Positions 1-10,403 of a stretch of 64,000 bases of DNA are shown here, one piece after another. The DNA is taken from the NCBI RefSeq assembly GCF_009914755.1, contig NC_060925.1; one strand, written 5' to 3'. Below the pieces are notes generated by a model. It was not told the DNA's origin and searched no databases. It saw only the letters and a list, made by a program, of their open reading frames with translations. Position 1 is the first letter of the stretch; every line of letters starts with the position of its first letter. Made by a program: the position numbers and the translations under genes. The DNA is from the human T2T-CHM13v2.0 reference genome, Homo sapiens.

Positions 1-399
1 GAGAATATACCTAGCATTAATAAATGTAAACAATTTTATATTTGCCTCAAAAATTTATTTTTAAATTGTAAACATAATACAGATATGCAAAATACTCTTT
101 GCAGTCTCCTTTCTGTCTCATTCTTGTCAGAGGCAACCAAAATGCTTACGTGAATTTGGCATGCATGTAATCTTTAGTGTTTTTGATTTAGAATTTCACT
201 CAGATACTAGCATACAGAATGCATTATTCAATTATTTTTAAAAATTTTTTTGATTTGAATATTTGGCTATATATCTAGGTCAATATTTAATTACTTCTGA
301 GGTTATAGGCTATGAATATTCCATGTCTTATTTATCCATTTCACTATAAATGGGTAGTTTGGGATTTTGTTTGTTTGTTTGTTTTTAGTATGTTAAAAG

Positions 400-571
400 A
401 CTCTACATGACCTGAGCCACTGATACTTCTTTGATCACATTGGCTACAATTCTGCCATTTTCTCATTTTGTTCTTGCCTCCTTAAAATTCTTCAAAAGTT
501 TGATAAGTGATTGTAGTTTTAAGCCACTAAGTTTCAGGGTAGTTTGCTATTCAGCAATAAATAACCAAACA
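400..571 (+). mobile_element. MLT1-type MaLR LTR 3' fragment
   Basis: Ends TTGTAGTTTTAAGCCACTAAGTTTCAGGGTAGTTTGCTATTCAGCAATAAATAACCAAACA, the typical MLT1 LTR terminus; left boundary approximate. Confidence 0.6.
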
Positions 572-619
572 ACATACTCTTTCAAAATCTTTAACATCTT
601 TGTTTACATCAAAACCTTA

Positions 620-995
620 GATTTAGTTGCTATTGTGAATGGACTGTGCTAACATGCTATACCTGGTATCTAGAAATGCTACTGATTTTTCTTTATTAGC
701 CTTGTGTTAGGTAATCTTGCTAAAGTATCTTCTTTTTTCAAATAGATTGTGATTGTTCTTGGGTTTTCTGTGTAAACAAGTAAATATATCTCTGCAAATA
801 ATAGAATTTTTCCTTTTTCCATTCTTTGTATCTCCTATTTACTTTTCTTATTGCACTAATTTAAACTTAAGTATGATGTTGAATGTCAGCAGTGGTAACG
901 AGCATTCTTGTCATACTCTTGAGTTTAATGGGAAACTTCTTAATTTTAGCGTAAAGTACCTAGTAAATTTTGATAGATTTTCTTTATCATGTTGT
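620..995 (-). mobile_element. Old L1 (L1M) ORF2 fragment
   Basis: AGAAATGCTACTGATTTTT...TTCTTATTGCACT...TATGATGTTGAAT...GAGCATTCTTGTC matches the antisense L1 ORF2 consensus. Confidence 0.75.
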
Positions 996-1564
996 AGGCC
1001 ATCCAAAACCACAAACTATTAATAGTCCTAGTGAAGAAAGCTGATGATTCTCAGTCACAAACAAAGAGCCTATTTTCTGAGCCTCTTCAATAAAAGAGGT
1101 AGTGAGCTTCTGTGACAAATAAGGAAGCTGTGGACATTTAGGTTGCATCCACCTGTGTTGTGTATTTTTAATTTCCTGTGGACTCTTTACATTGTTTGTT
1201 GGTTAAAGTGGGAATAAAACAAAATGAAAGTAACCATAGAAGAGATCAAGTTCTCATTCTGTCCAGCACTATTTCTAGATGAACATTAGGATCTGGCCTA
1301 GCTCACAGGTTAAAAATGATACTTTCTGTTTCTAGTTTGCCAAGCATCTGCTTTAAATTATTACTAAATTTTCAACAATATTATATCTGCATCTTTTCTG
1401 ATATTTTTATTTTAATAAACAAATGAATACTTTTTGCATTACTAAGTTAGTTGTGAATTTACAGCTGATGGGGGGAAATGCCTATATTTCTATATCTATT
1501 ATTTAATTTTTATAGCTAAAAATAGGCTGAAGAGCCATCTGAATTTTTGAAAAGAATGAGAATA

Positions 1565-1868
1565 CAGATGCTCCCCAATTCGTCATGACTTGACTTAAGA
1601 TATTTTTACTTTATGATTGTGCAAAAGCAACATGCACATCAATAAATTACCTGAAGTATTCAATACTTCATTGTAAAATAGACTTTGCATTGAATGATTT
1701 TCATCAACTGTAGACTAATGTGAGTGTTTTGAGCACATTTATGGCAGGCTAGGCTAGGCAAAGATGTTCAGAAGGTTGGGAGTACTGAATGCATTTTTTA
1801 CTTCAAATATTTTCAACTTACAATGGATTTATTGGGAAGTAACTCCGTCAGGAGTCAAGGAGCATCTG
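1565..1868. mobile_element. MER47A-like MITE (TcMar-Tigger)
   Basis: Perfect terminal inverted repeats (TIRs) CAGATGCTCC / GGAGCATCTG; TA TSDs at 1563-64 and 1869-70; internal GGCTAGGCTAGGC motif of MER47. Confidence 0.85.
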
Positions 1869-2449
1869 TACATGATTTGCAAGAAACTGAAGATAACATA
1901 ATTTACTTTTTTACTTCCCACATGATTTCCTTTGTAGCAGCTCCAGTTTTCAATCATTTAGCCCCAGTTAGAAGTTCTCCACTCACAAAATGGTTGTTAT
2001 CATTTAAATAAGCACATGGGAATTGTAGACACCTATAATGATTAAATTCTTTCTCATATTAGGATGAACTATGCTTTGCTTACGTTCAATTAACTCAATA
2101 TTCTGAAGTTATTCAAGATAAGCCTAATCTCTCAACTAAATGCTAGTTTATCAGGTTTCAGAGACAGCTATCAAAAATAGCTATCAAAGGCTCTTAAATT
2201 GTGTCTTTTCCAGTCTAAACACATAAGTTTACCATATATCACTGTTTCCAGACATAACTACCCTAGTCACCCTCCTAGACACTCTAATATTGTGATGCCA
2301 GAATGAAATTCAGTGGTGTCTGTGCACTTGGACCAGAAATAATAGCACATTATTATGTCAGTCTTTTCCTTGGATAGTAAAACTACGGTGCATTATTTAT
2401 TTTGGTAGTCATGTAATACTGTTGATTCTTATATCACATAGCATTTACA

Positions 2450-2529
2450 AATTGCTTTTGTCGAGGTCACCAATAATTTTCATGTTTTTAAAACCAGTGG
2501 TACTAATTAACATTTTCTTGTTTGGCCTC
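2450..2529 (+). mobile_element. L2 fragment, continuing at ~3870-3930 after the MaLR insertion
   Basis: TGCTTTTGTCGAGGTCACCAATAA...CATGTT...AAACCAGTGG, resumed by ACCTCTCAGCGTCTTTTGA. Confidence 0.65.
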
Positions 2530-3869
2530 TGTTATTGGTTGAACTGTATCCCCTAGAAGAAAGGTTGAAATCCTAGCCTGTGAATGTGATCTTATTTGAA
2601 AATAGTCTTTGAAAATGTAATCAAGTTAAGATAAAGTCATACTTGATTAGAGTGGGACCTAATCTGATATCATTGGTGTTCTTATAAGAAGTGGAGACGT
2701 GACCCAGATATACACATAAAGAGAACATCATTTGATGCTGAAGGCAGAGATTGTAGTGATGCATCTAAGACTTAAGGAACATCAAGGATTATAGTGTTCA
2801 CCAGAAGCTAAGAAAAAGGCATGGAAAAGATTTTCCCCTAGAGCCTTTAACATGATCATGACCCTGCCAACACCTTATTTTGGACTCGTGGCTTCCAAAC
2901 CTGTAAGAGAATAAGTTTCTGTTGTTTTAAGACACATCATTTGTGGTAATTTGCTATGACAGCCATAGCAAACTACTATAGATTTTTTGTACTGGAAAAT
3001 GGTGGGGTGCCACTGTAATAAATACCTAAAAAGGTGGAAGAGACTTTAGGATCAGGCGGTAAGTAGAAGCTGGAAGAATCTTGAGGTAAGCAGAAAAAGC
3101 CTAGATTGCCTTGAAGAGATTATTGATACAAATATAAATGCTAAAGTTACTTCTTGTGAAGTCTTAGATAAAAATGAGAAACATGATTTTGGAAACTCCT
3201 TTAGAAAGGTGCCTTATTATAAAGTGGCACAAAACTTGACTTAATTGTTTTCTTCTGCTGGGTGAAAAAGTGGAACTTGTAGGTGACGTACTTGCATATT
3301 TAACTTAGGGGATTTCCAAGTACAGTGTGGATGTTGCAGCGTGGTTTCTCCTTTCTGCTTATAGTAAAATATTAAAAGAAAGAAAGAAAAAGGAAGCTAT
3401 GAGGCAAATAAGAACTAGAACTTGAACATTTGAAAAATTCTCAGTATACCCATATTGCAAGAAATGATGAAGCACACTCTGGAAAGAACACTAAGGGTGT
3501 CATGGGACTAACTTTTGCTGGAGAGATTAGACTTGTGACTCATGAGTTCACTCAACCATCTCAGTAGAACCTCTGCCCTCTTGGACTGAAAGGGACAGAG
3601 ATTTGACAAAATGTAAGAAGGCAGTCAGACTTCTGGAATTCCTGGGTAGGAAATGGGCTGAAAGGGCTACTTGACAATGAATACATATCATTTTTCAAGA
3701 AAAGCAAAGCATGATTTTGAGAGTAGCTCAGAGGCCAGCAGGGCTGTGGAAGATCTGCCTACACACTGATTTTGGATTTCTAGCCTTCAGAACTCTGAGA
3801 TAATACATTTCTGATTTTATACAACCTAGTCTGTGATAACTTGTTATGGCAGCACTAGGAAACAATGAA
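2530..3869 (+). mobile_element. MLT1C-like MaLR provirus, internally deleted (LTR 2530-~2981, internal ~2982-3740, 3' LTR tail ~3741-3869)
   Basis: Starts TGTTATTGGTTGAACTGTATCCC; LTR end ACAGCCATAGCAAACTACTATA followed by internal GATTTTTTGTACTGGAAAATGG; second LTR end TTGTTATGGCAGCACTAGGAAAC; TSD GCCTC/ACCTC. Confidence 0.8.
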
Positions 3870-4076
3870 ACCTCTCAGCGTCTTTTGATAGTGCTTAATA
3901 TCATCTCAAAAATCCCTTTTACCATGACTTCTATTACACCAAGGCTTTGAGCTTGTTACTATTACTACCTGTTTTTAATGCATTTTCCATGTTGCAACCA
4001 GAGTGTTCCTTTAATTGCTTATGTAACAGTTTATTTCCAGTGATTCTGGTTACATGGAACTCCTGCATGGCTATCT

Positions 4077-4381
4077 GGTTTGTTTTTGTTTGTTTGTTTG
4101 TTTGTTTTGAGACAGAGTCTCACTCTGTCACCCAGGCGGGAGTGTGGTGGCACAATCTCAGCTCACTGCAACCTCTGCCTCCTGGGTTCAAGCAATTCTC
4201 CTGCATCTGCCACTTGAGTATCCGGGATTAAAGCCATGTACCACCACACCTGGTTAATTTTTTGGTAGAGACAGTTTCACCATTATGGCAAGGCTAGTCT
4301 TGAACTCCTGACCTCAGATGATCCACCCGCCTCGGCCTCCCATAATGCTGGGATTACAGGTGTGAGCCACCTCGCCCGGCC
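4077..4381 (-). mobile_element. AluS (Sx-like)
   Basis: Full dimer with (TTTG)n tail; TSD CATGGCTATCT at 4066-4076 and 4383-4393. Confidence 0.95.
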
Positions 4382-4399
4382 ACATGGCTATCTTTACAG

Positions 4400-5140
4400 C
4401 AATGATTCAGAGACCAGGTTCCTGGCATCCTGTTGCTCCACCATTATATAGAACCACATAGAAAGATGTATTATTGATGGAGAGGGAATAATAAGTGAGA
4501 ATGGGGGATCACGTATTGGAGATTTTAATGGATGGGACTGACCTAGAAGCAATGCACATCTATCCCTTCACATTTCATTGATTAGAATTCAGTGGCATTA
4601 CCACACCTAGATAAAAAAGAAAAAAAAAAAGCCCAGAAAATACAATCTAATTATGTGGGCTGAAGGAAGAAGATAAAGATTGTGTGACACTTACAGGTGC
4701 CTTCACTACAGTCCATTTTACTCTTCATTAAAGATTCACTTAACTCATTTTACTCATTCACAGCCACTTAAAGCCCTTAATGACTCCCAAGCAATACAAA
4801 GTGTTTCCAGTCACAGTATCTAACTCAAAGTTCAGATGACCAGTTACCCAGAAGATGAACTATCCTCTCTATCAGATTCAGTTATGGCTCTTCCAGTTAC
4901 GGGAACCTATGCATAAAAAAGACAAGTTATCCACATTCCCAATATACATATTCATTATTATATACTGAAGCTGGGACACAGTAACTCCAGTAATTACTTC
5001 CATGTAAAATGGGAAGCATAGGAGATATCCTGATGGCTAGAACTTATTAAGATCTTTTACCCTAAGTGTGGGTAAATATTTTGATTAGAAAATGATCCCC
5101 ATGTTGTCTGGGAATAAACTTTTCCCTTGTCTTCTGGGTA
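4400..5140 (-). mobile_element. Old MLT1 (J/K-like) LTR plus MaLR internal remnant
   Basis: CACATTTCATTGATTAGAATTCAGTGGCATTACCACACCTAG resembles antisense MLT1J/K; the following CAGTATCTAACTCAAAGTTCAG resembles MaLR internal sequence; boundaries approximate. Confidence 0.5.
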
Positions 5141-5145
5141 CTGGA

Positions 5146-5467
5146 TTTATTTTATTTATTTTTTATTTATTTTTATTTTTTAAATTGAGACAGAGCCTTG
5201 CTCTGTGGCCTAGGCTGGAGTGCAGTAGCACGATCTCAACTCACTGTAACCTCGCCTCCTGGGTTCAAATGATCCTCTTGCCTCAGCTTCCCAAATAGCT
5301 GAGATAACAGGCACACACCACCATATCCAGCTAATTTTTGTGTTTTTAGTAGAGAGAGAGTTTCACCATGTTGGCCAGGCTGGTCTTGGACTCCTGACCT
5401 CAAGTGATCTGCCCACCTCGGCCTCTCAAAGTGCTGGGGTTACAGGCATATGCCACCATGCTCAGCC
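5146..5467 (-). mobile_element. AluS (Sz/Sx-like)
   Basis: Full dimer with T-rich (TTTA)n tail; CTCCTGACCTCAAGTGATCTGCCCACCTCGGCC. Confidence 0.95.
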
Positions 5468-5685
5468 AGCTCTATTCTTTAGAAGGTTCTCTCATCCATT
5501 TTTCTTCATAGTTATACCACCAGTGGGTGTTGGGAAAACATCTTCATTGAGGCTGAAGAAAGTTTGCACATTACTTTCAAATGGTAAAAATTTAGAGTTT
5601 CAAATGAAAGTTTAAGACTTGAACAAAGATATTTAATACAGGCTCATGATTTCTTTGGCAATAGATTTCTCTTAAAAACTTAGCT

Positions 5686-6180
5686 AAACATGAAAGATAC
5701 TTAAATGCATGTTACTAAAAGACAGCATCTTAAGAGGCTACATACTATATGATTACAACTATATGACATGCTCAAAAAGGCAAAACTATGGAGATGGTAA
5801 AAAGATCAGTGGTTGTCAGGTGTTGGGGGCAGAGAGGGGTGAATAGGTGGTGCACAAGAGGATTTTCCAGGGAGTGAAAATATTCTGTATAATCCCATAT
5901 AATGGTGTATACCTGTTATTATATATTTGTCAAAACCCATAGAATATGAAACACAATACTGAACCCTAATATAAACTATGGACTTCGGGTGATAATAAGG
6001 TGTGAATAAATATAGGTTCATTAATTGTAACACCATTTATCACTATGTTGAATGATGTTGATAATGGGTGAGAATACGTATGCATGGGGGTAGGGTGTAT
6101 ATGGGATATTGCTGTACTTTCCTTTAAATTTTGCTGTTAGCCTAAAAATTCTATTAAAAAATAATAAAATTAAAAAGAAA
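5686..6180 (+). mobile_element. L1MC1-like 3' end
   Basis: GGCAAAACTATGGAGATGGTAAAAAGATCAGTGGTTG...GAACCCTAATATAAACTATGGACTTCGGGTGATAAT followed by an A-rich tail. Confidence 0.85.
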
Positions 6181-6540
6181 TCACACAACCCAGCTGGCGT
6201 TAATTTATTTAATTCTACTTCATATACCAATAACTATGTTCCAATTTTTTCTTAGACCAAATTCCCAAGCCCAATTCACTTATCTGCTTCCATTCTTACT
6301 TGACATTTCTCAAATTAATGCAGGCTGTCTTGAGGATGCCTGAGACAATTAGTTTTGCTGTGAAGATAAAACCTTAAATTTGGTCATTTTTTTAAATAAA
6401 AAAATCTTACTAGAAACTTGTCACTGAAAACATCTCTGGTCTTTTCCTACCAACATTTTGAAATTTGCTTTTTCAATACCTTGGGGCACCCCATTCCTGG
6501 ACTTTCTCTATTAGCTTACATTTATACCTGAAATAAGCCT

Positions 6541-6606
6541 TGTTTTCTTTGTTTTCCTTATGTTTTCTTATGTTTGTGTTTTCCTTATGTTTTCTTATGT
6601 TTTTCT
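6541..6606. repeat. Short tandem repeat, 27-bp period built from TGTTTTC(C)TTA units
   Basis: TGTTTTCCTTATGTTTTCTTATGTTT at 6550-6575 and 6577-6602. Confidence 0.8.
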
Positions 6607-6902
6607 CACATTAGTGAGTGCAGCAGATGATATTCTATACACATTGTAATTCTGACTCCTAACTACTTGCTATAGAGCTACAACTTAATAAATGTTTGAT
6701 TCTGTCATCAGTTAGTTATTGGTGACTCCTATACCAAATATTTTTCCATGAAATAGCAGATTTCTCCATCCCTCCAGGCTGCTATGCTTAATTTCTCATT
6801 GTCCTACCCACAACTGTAAACTAATGTTACATATATTAAATTTTATTTTATTTTTATACCATGCATTCACCAGCACCCCCACACCATTTTAAATATCAAA
6901 TA

Positions 6903-7340
6903 CTATGTCAGCCAGGATTCAGTTAGAAAAACAGAAAGGAATTTAATTTGGAAAATTATGTAATTATACAACTCTCTATGAAATTAAAATCAGGGAAGAC
7001 TGTACATCAATCAAAAGTCTACAAGATTTTAAGGATTCCAGAAGTTGCAAGAAGGACAGGAAACTGCCAGCAATGATTATAGTTATCCCCACCTCAAAAT
7101 GGGTGTGTGGAAGAAAAGTCTGAAAGGCCACTGTGAAATCTCACCTCTGACAAAATCCACATGTCTGCTAGAAGTAAAAATAATAATGGCTTCTGTTTCC
7201 TTTCTACCTTTCAAAACTTACACAATTGCTGCTCAGTGATGGATCTAATCCAGATCCTTACCATAGAAATTCTGGGAAATATAATGCCCAGATATCCAGC
7301 CCCTGAAATATGATGGTGGGGGCTATGGTTCTAAGTTGCT
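6903..7340 (-). mobile_element. Ancient LTR-like element (family uncertain)
   Basis: TATGTCAGCCAGGATTCAGTTAGAAAAACAGAAAGGAATTTAAT resembles the reverse-complement 3' end of old ERVL-type LTRs; right boundary uncertain. Confidence 0.35.
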
Positions 7341-7379
7341 AAAAGTCTGTGTTTCAGCTACCAACCCATTCTGAAATCT

Positions 7380-7830
7380 TAAATTCATTTTCAAGGTTCT
7401 CTGAGCTCCTGCTCTGTGAACTTCTCACATTCACTCTATCCCTGATTTGCTAAGCCTCAGCCATTCTGGATTTCTTAACTGAAACACACCATGTTCTCCC
7501 TCAGATATAGGTTTTTCACATATTGTTTTCTTCCTGGAATATTCTTTCTCATTCATGTTCCCATTATTTGGCTAATACCTACTCATTCTTCAAATCTCAC
7601 ATTAAGTATCAACTCCCCAGAGTCTCTTTTGGAATCCCTAATAGAGCTTAAATCACATTATTACATGTTTCTACTGCACCATGTTCCTTAAATGTCTCAG
7701 TTTTTAATGTACATCAAACTTGGTAGATTATTTAGCATCAGTTCCCACACTAGATTTTTATCTCCATTAAGTTATAGAGCATATTTATCTTATTTACTAC
7801 CATTTCCTTAGCAGCATTTCTAGGATAACT
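7380..7830 (+). mobile_element. L2 3' region
   Basis: TTCCTGGAATATTCTTTCTC...GGCTAATACCTACTCATTCTTCAAATCTCAC...CCCACACTAGATT. Confidence 0.65.
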
Positions 7831-8353
7831 CAACCTATTTCAAATTTATTTAACTTTATGTTACATGAGAATACTATTAAAATATTTTCAAATGCTTTCC
7901 TTAAATTCATATTATATCCCTTTCATCTCTGAAAAGGAGAAAGTAAAGTTAGTGTAACATGACTTGTGAGTAAATATTGTTTTAAAAAATCAATTTAGAA
8001 TCAACTATATAAACACTAAAATTATGCTTCTTTAGAAAAAGTTATCCAGCAACAGAATGAACAATTGAGTCAGATAAAATAGCATTTATCAACTGTGTAT
8101 TATGATAAAGTGTATCTACTCATTGCTGTAGAAAAGGCAAAGATTACGAAAAAATCTTGTTTCTTCAAAGAATTAAAATTTATTTTATGAATTCATTGAA
8201 GTAGGGGTACAAAGAATAAAATGACATCGACAACTACAAAATTAAACACAATCAGGTAATGTCATTTTATCCAGCTACCATTTGGAACTGATTTTTAAGA
8301 GACATTTTGTCAAATGCATTATATTGGAATCCACAAGTTTTGCATGAACTTTT

Positions 8354-8369
8354 TGTGTGTGTGTGTGTG
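8354..8369. repeat. (TG)8 microsatellite
   Basis: Read directly. Confidence 0.85.
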
Positions 8370-10403
8370 GACAAGGAAGTATCTTTCCCTTCGTGGGGGT
8401 TGGAGAGAGGCACAAGTCAACTAACTAAAAGGGTCCACCTTGAATTAGCAAAACAAATACTAGGAATTCAGAACTTCTAAACTAACAGCAGAGCAGTTCT
8501 TTCCAAAAGCTAATTTGAGACATTTTTTTTGAGAGAGAGGCTGTCTTTTGGATAGGTTGATTACCTCTTCCTCCAGATTGTCTAAAGCTCTGTCTGTTTT
8601 AAATTGGGTATTTAGGAATGATATATTTGGATTTCATTATCTCAGCAACCCATAGAAAGGATTCCACTGAATTTCTTTTAATGTTAAAATTGAACCTTTT
8701 ATAGTTGAACAATGTCCATGTTTTTCATAAGATTGTGTGAAGGCATCATCCATCCATTATGTTCTTCAATGTTTTTAACATAAGAAACCACATGTTAAAG
8801 TCTCCATTCAGTTTTGAGCCAAGAAAATGTTTGTGTATGCAGGCAACCTTGGGAGAAACACATTTTTCCTTTTTGCCTTGGCTGCCAAGATGAACACACA
8901 TAAATTTGGTGTTTATCTGCAGTGATTGACTCATCACAGGTGCCTGGTAACAGCAATTCTTCTGTTCCCTTAAAGTGCTTTTGTTCTTGGCAGGCCCTGG
9001 AAGGAATGTTTAACAGAGTTGCTTTGTACTGTGTTGAAACTGATTCAAATTCTTTTAAAAAAACAACAAAACAGAAAGCACTAAATATAAATAGTAAATA
9101 ATCAAATAAACATAATAATTACATAATCCTGATCACCAGCGAATAATGCATTATCAGTAAAGGCTAACCTTAAGTTTTATAAAATGAAGGCAGTTACTTC
9201 ATTTTATATTTTCTTTTCATTATGACAGAAAAAAAATTCACGTGAGTTAGTGTCCTGAATTTTTTCTTTAAGAAAAATATTGATTCATTTAAATTTTTTA
9301 CATATCTATTCATCGATTCAAAAGTACATTTCAAGCATTTATCATGTATTAGTATAGCAGACATTGCTTAAAATAGGAAAAGTGGTATCAAATCTAAGAG
9401 ATTAAAGAAATAAAAAAATAATTTGGGTGGGAATTATTACACATCACTTCTTCACCAAATAGACCAAAATTTCTCAGAAAAAAAATTGTGACTCAAACAG
9501 TAGACTGGACAATAATATATTATTATAGTAATGGCTAGAAAGTAAATATGTAAAATTTAGGAGGTTAATATACATAACTACATTCTTATGAAATAGTAAC
9601 TGTATTGTGTCAGGCATGGATATTTCTGCAGAACTGTGGGGCTTTCACTACCTATCACTAATGAGAAGGATTTTTAGATCCTTATAAAATTTTTTTTTAC
9701 ATTGCAAAATCTAGCGGAATCTTGATCATTTTTAAATAACTTGATAATCAATAAAATTTATCACAAAATAAGCAAATTTAAAAACATTAAAAATAATTAT
9801 TGGAGTACTGTGTTGACATAAAAACATCAGATAATATTTAATTATTGGTTATGATTTTTTAAAAAAGTATTAATATAGACAATAAGGTGACATTTTGACA
9901 TTTTTTACTTGGCTTTTTGTTTGCTTACCTGTTTTGGAATAACAGCATAGTGTGATAAACCAGATTAATAAGTGACTTTCTGGTCTTTCTTCAAGTAGTA
10001 AAATAATAGAAACATTTTCTTAATATCTTATTCTTATATGAATGGATATGCAAATTGAGTAATCTTGTGAATTCATATATCAATAAAGACTATATATGCC
10101 TTGTTTATTGAAGTAAAAACAAAGATTAAGGAATTATAGCTCTGATCATTTTAAGAGAAAGAATTTTCCCGTGCTAATTCCCATTAACTAACATTTATTT
10201 CACTTCCGAGCTAGATATTATTAATGTAAATCTATTCTTCTGCAGTCTAACATTTGAAAGCCTCGGTATTACCAGAGGAAATATTGAATGGCCAATCCAA
10301 TAGTTATCACTCAGGATTTTTATGTAGCCTAGTTTCCACCATGTGTACATGAAATATATTTTTTCAGCCATGGACATATCAGTGTAAAAAAAAATATATC
10401 ATC

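Noticed and set aside
3947-5615. ORFs with [11 protein letters not shown] / FHHVGQAGL peptides (similar ones at 43465, 47936, 48273, 55512)
   Set aside because: Classic Alu-derived translation artefacts.
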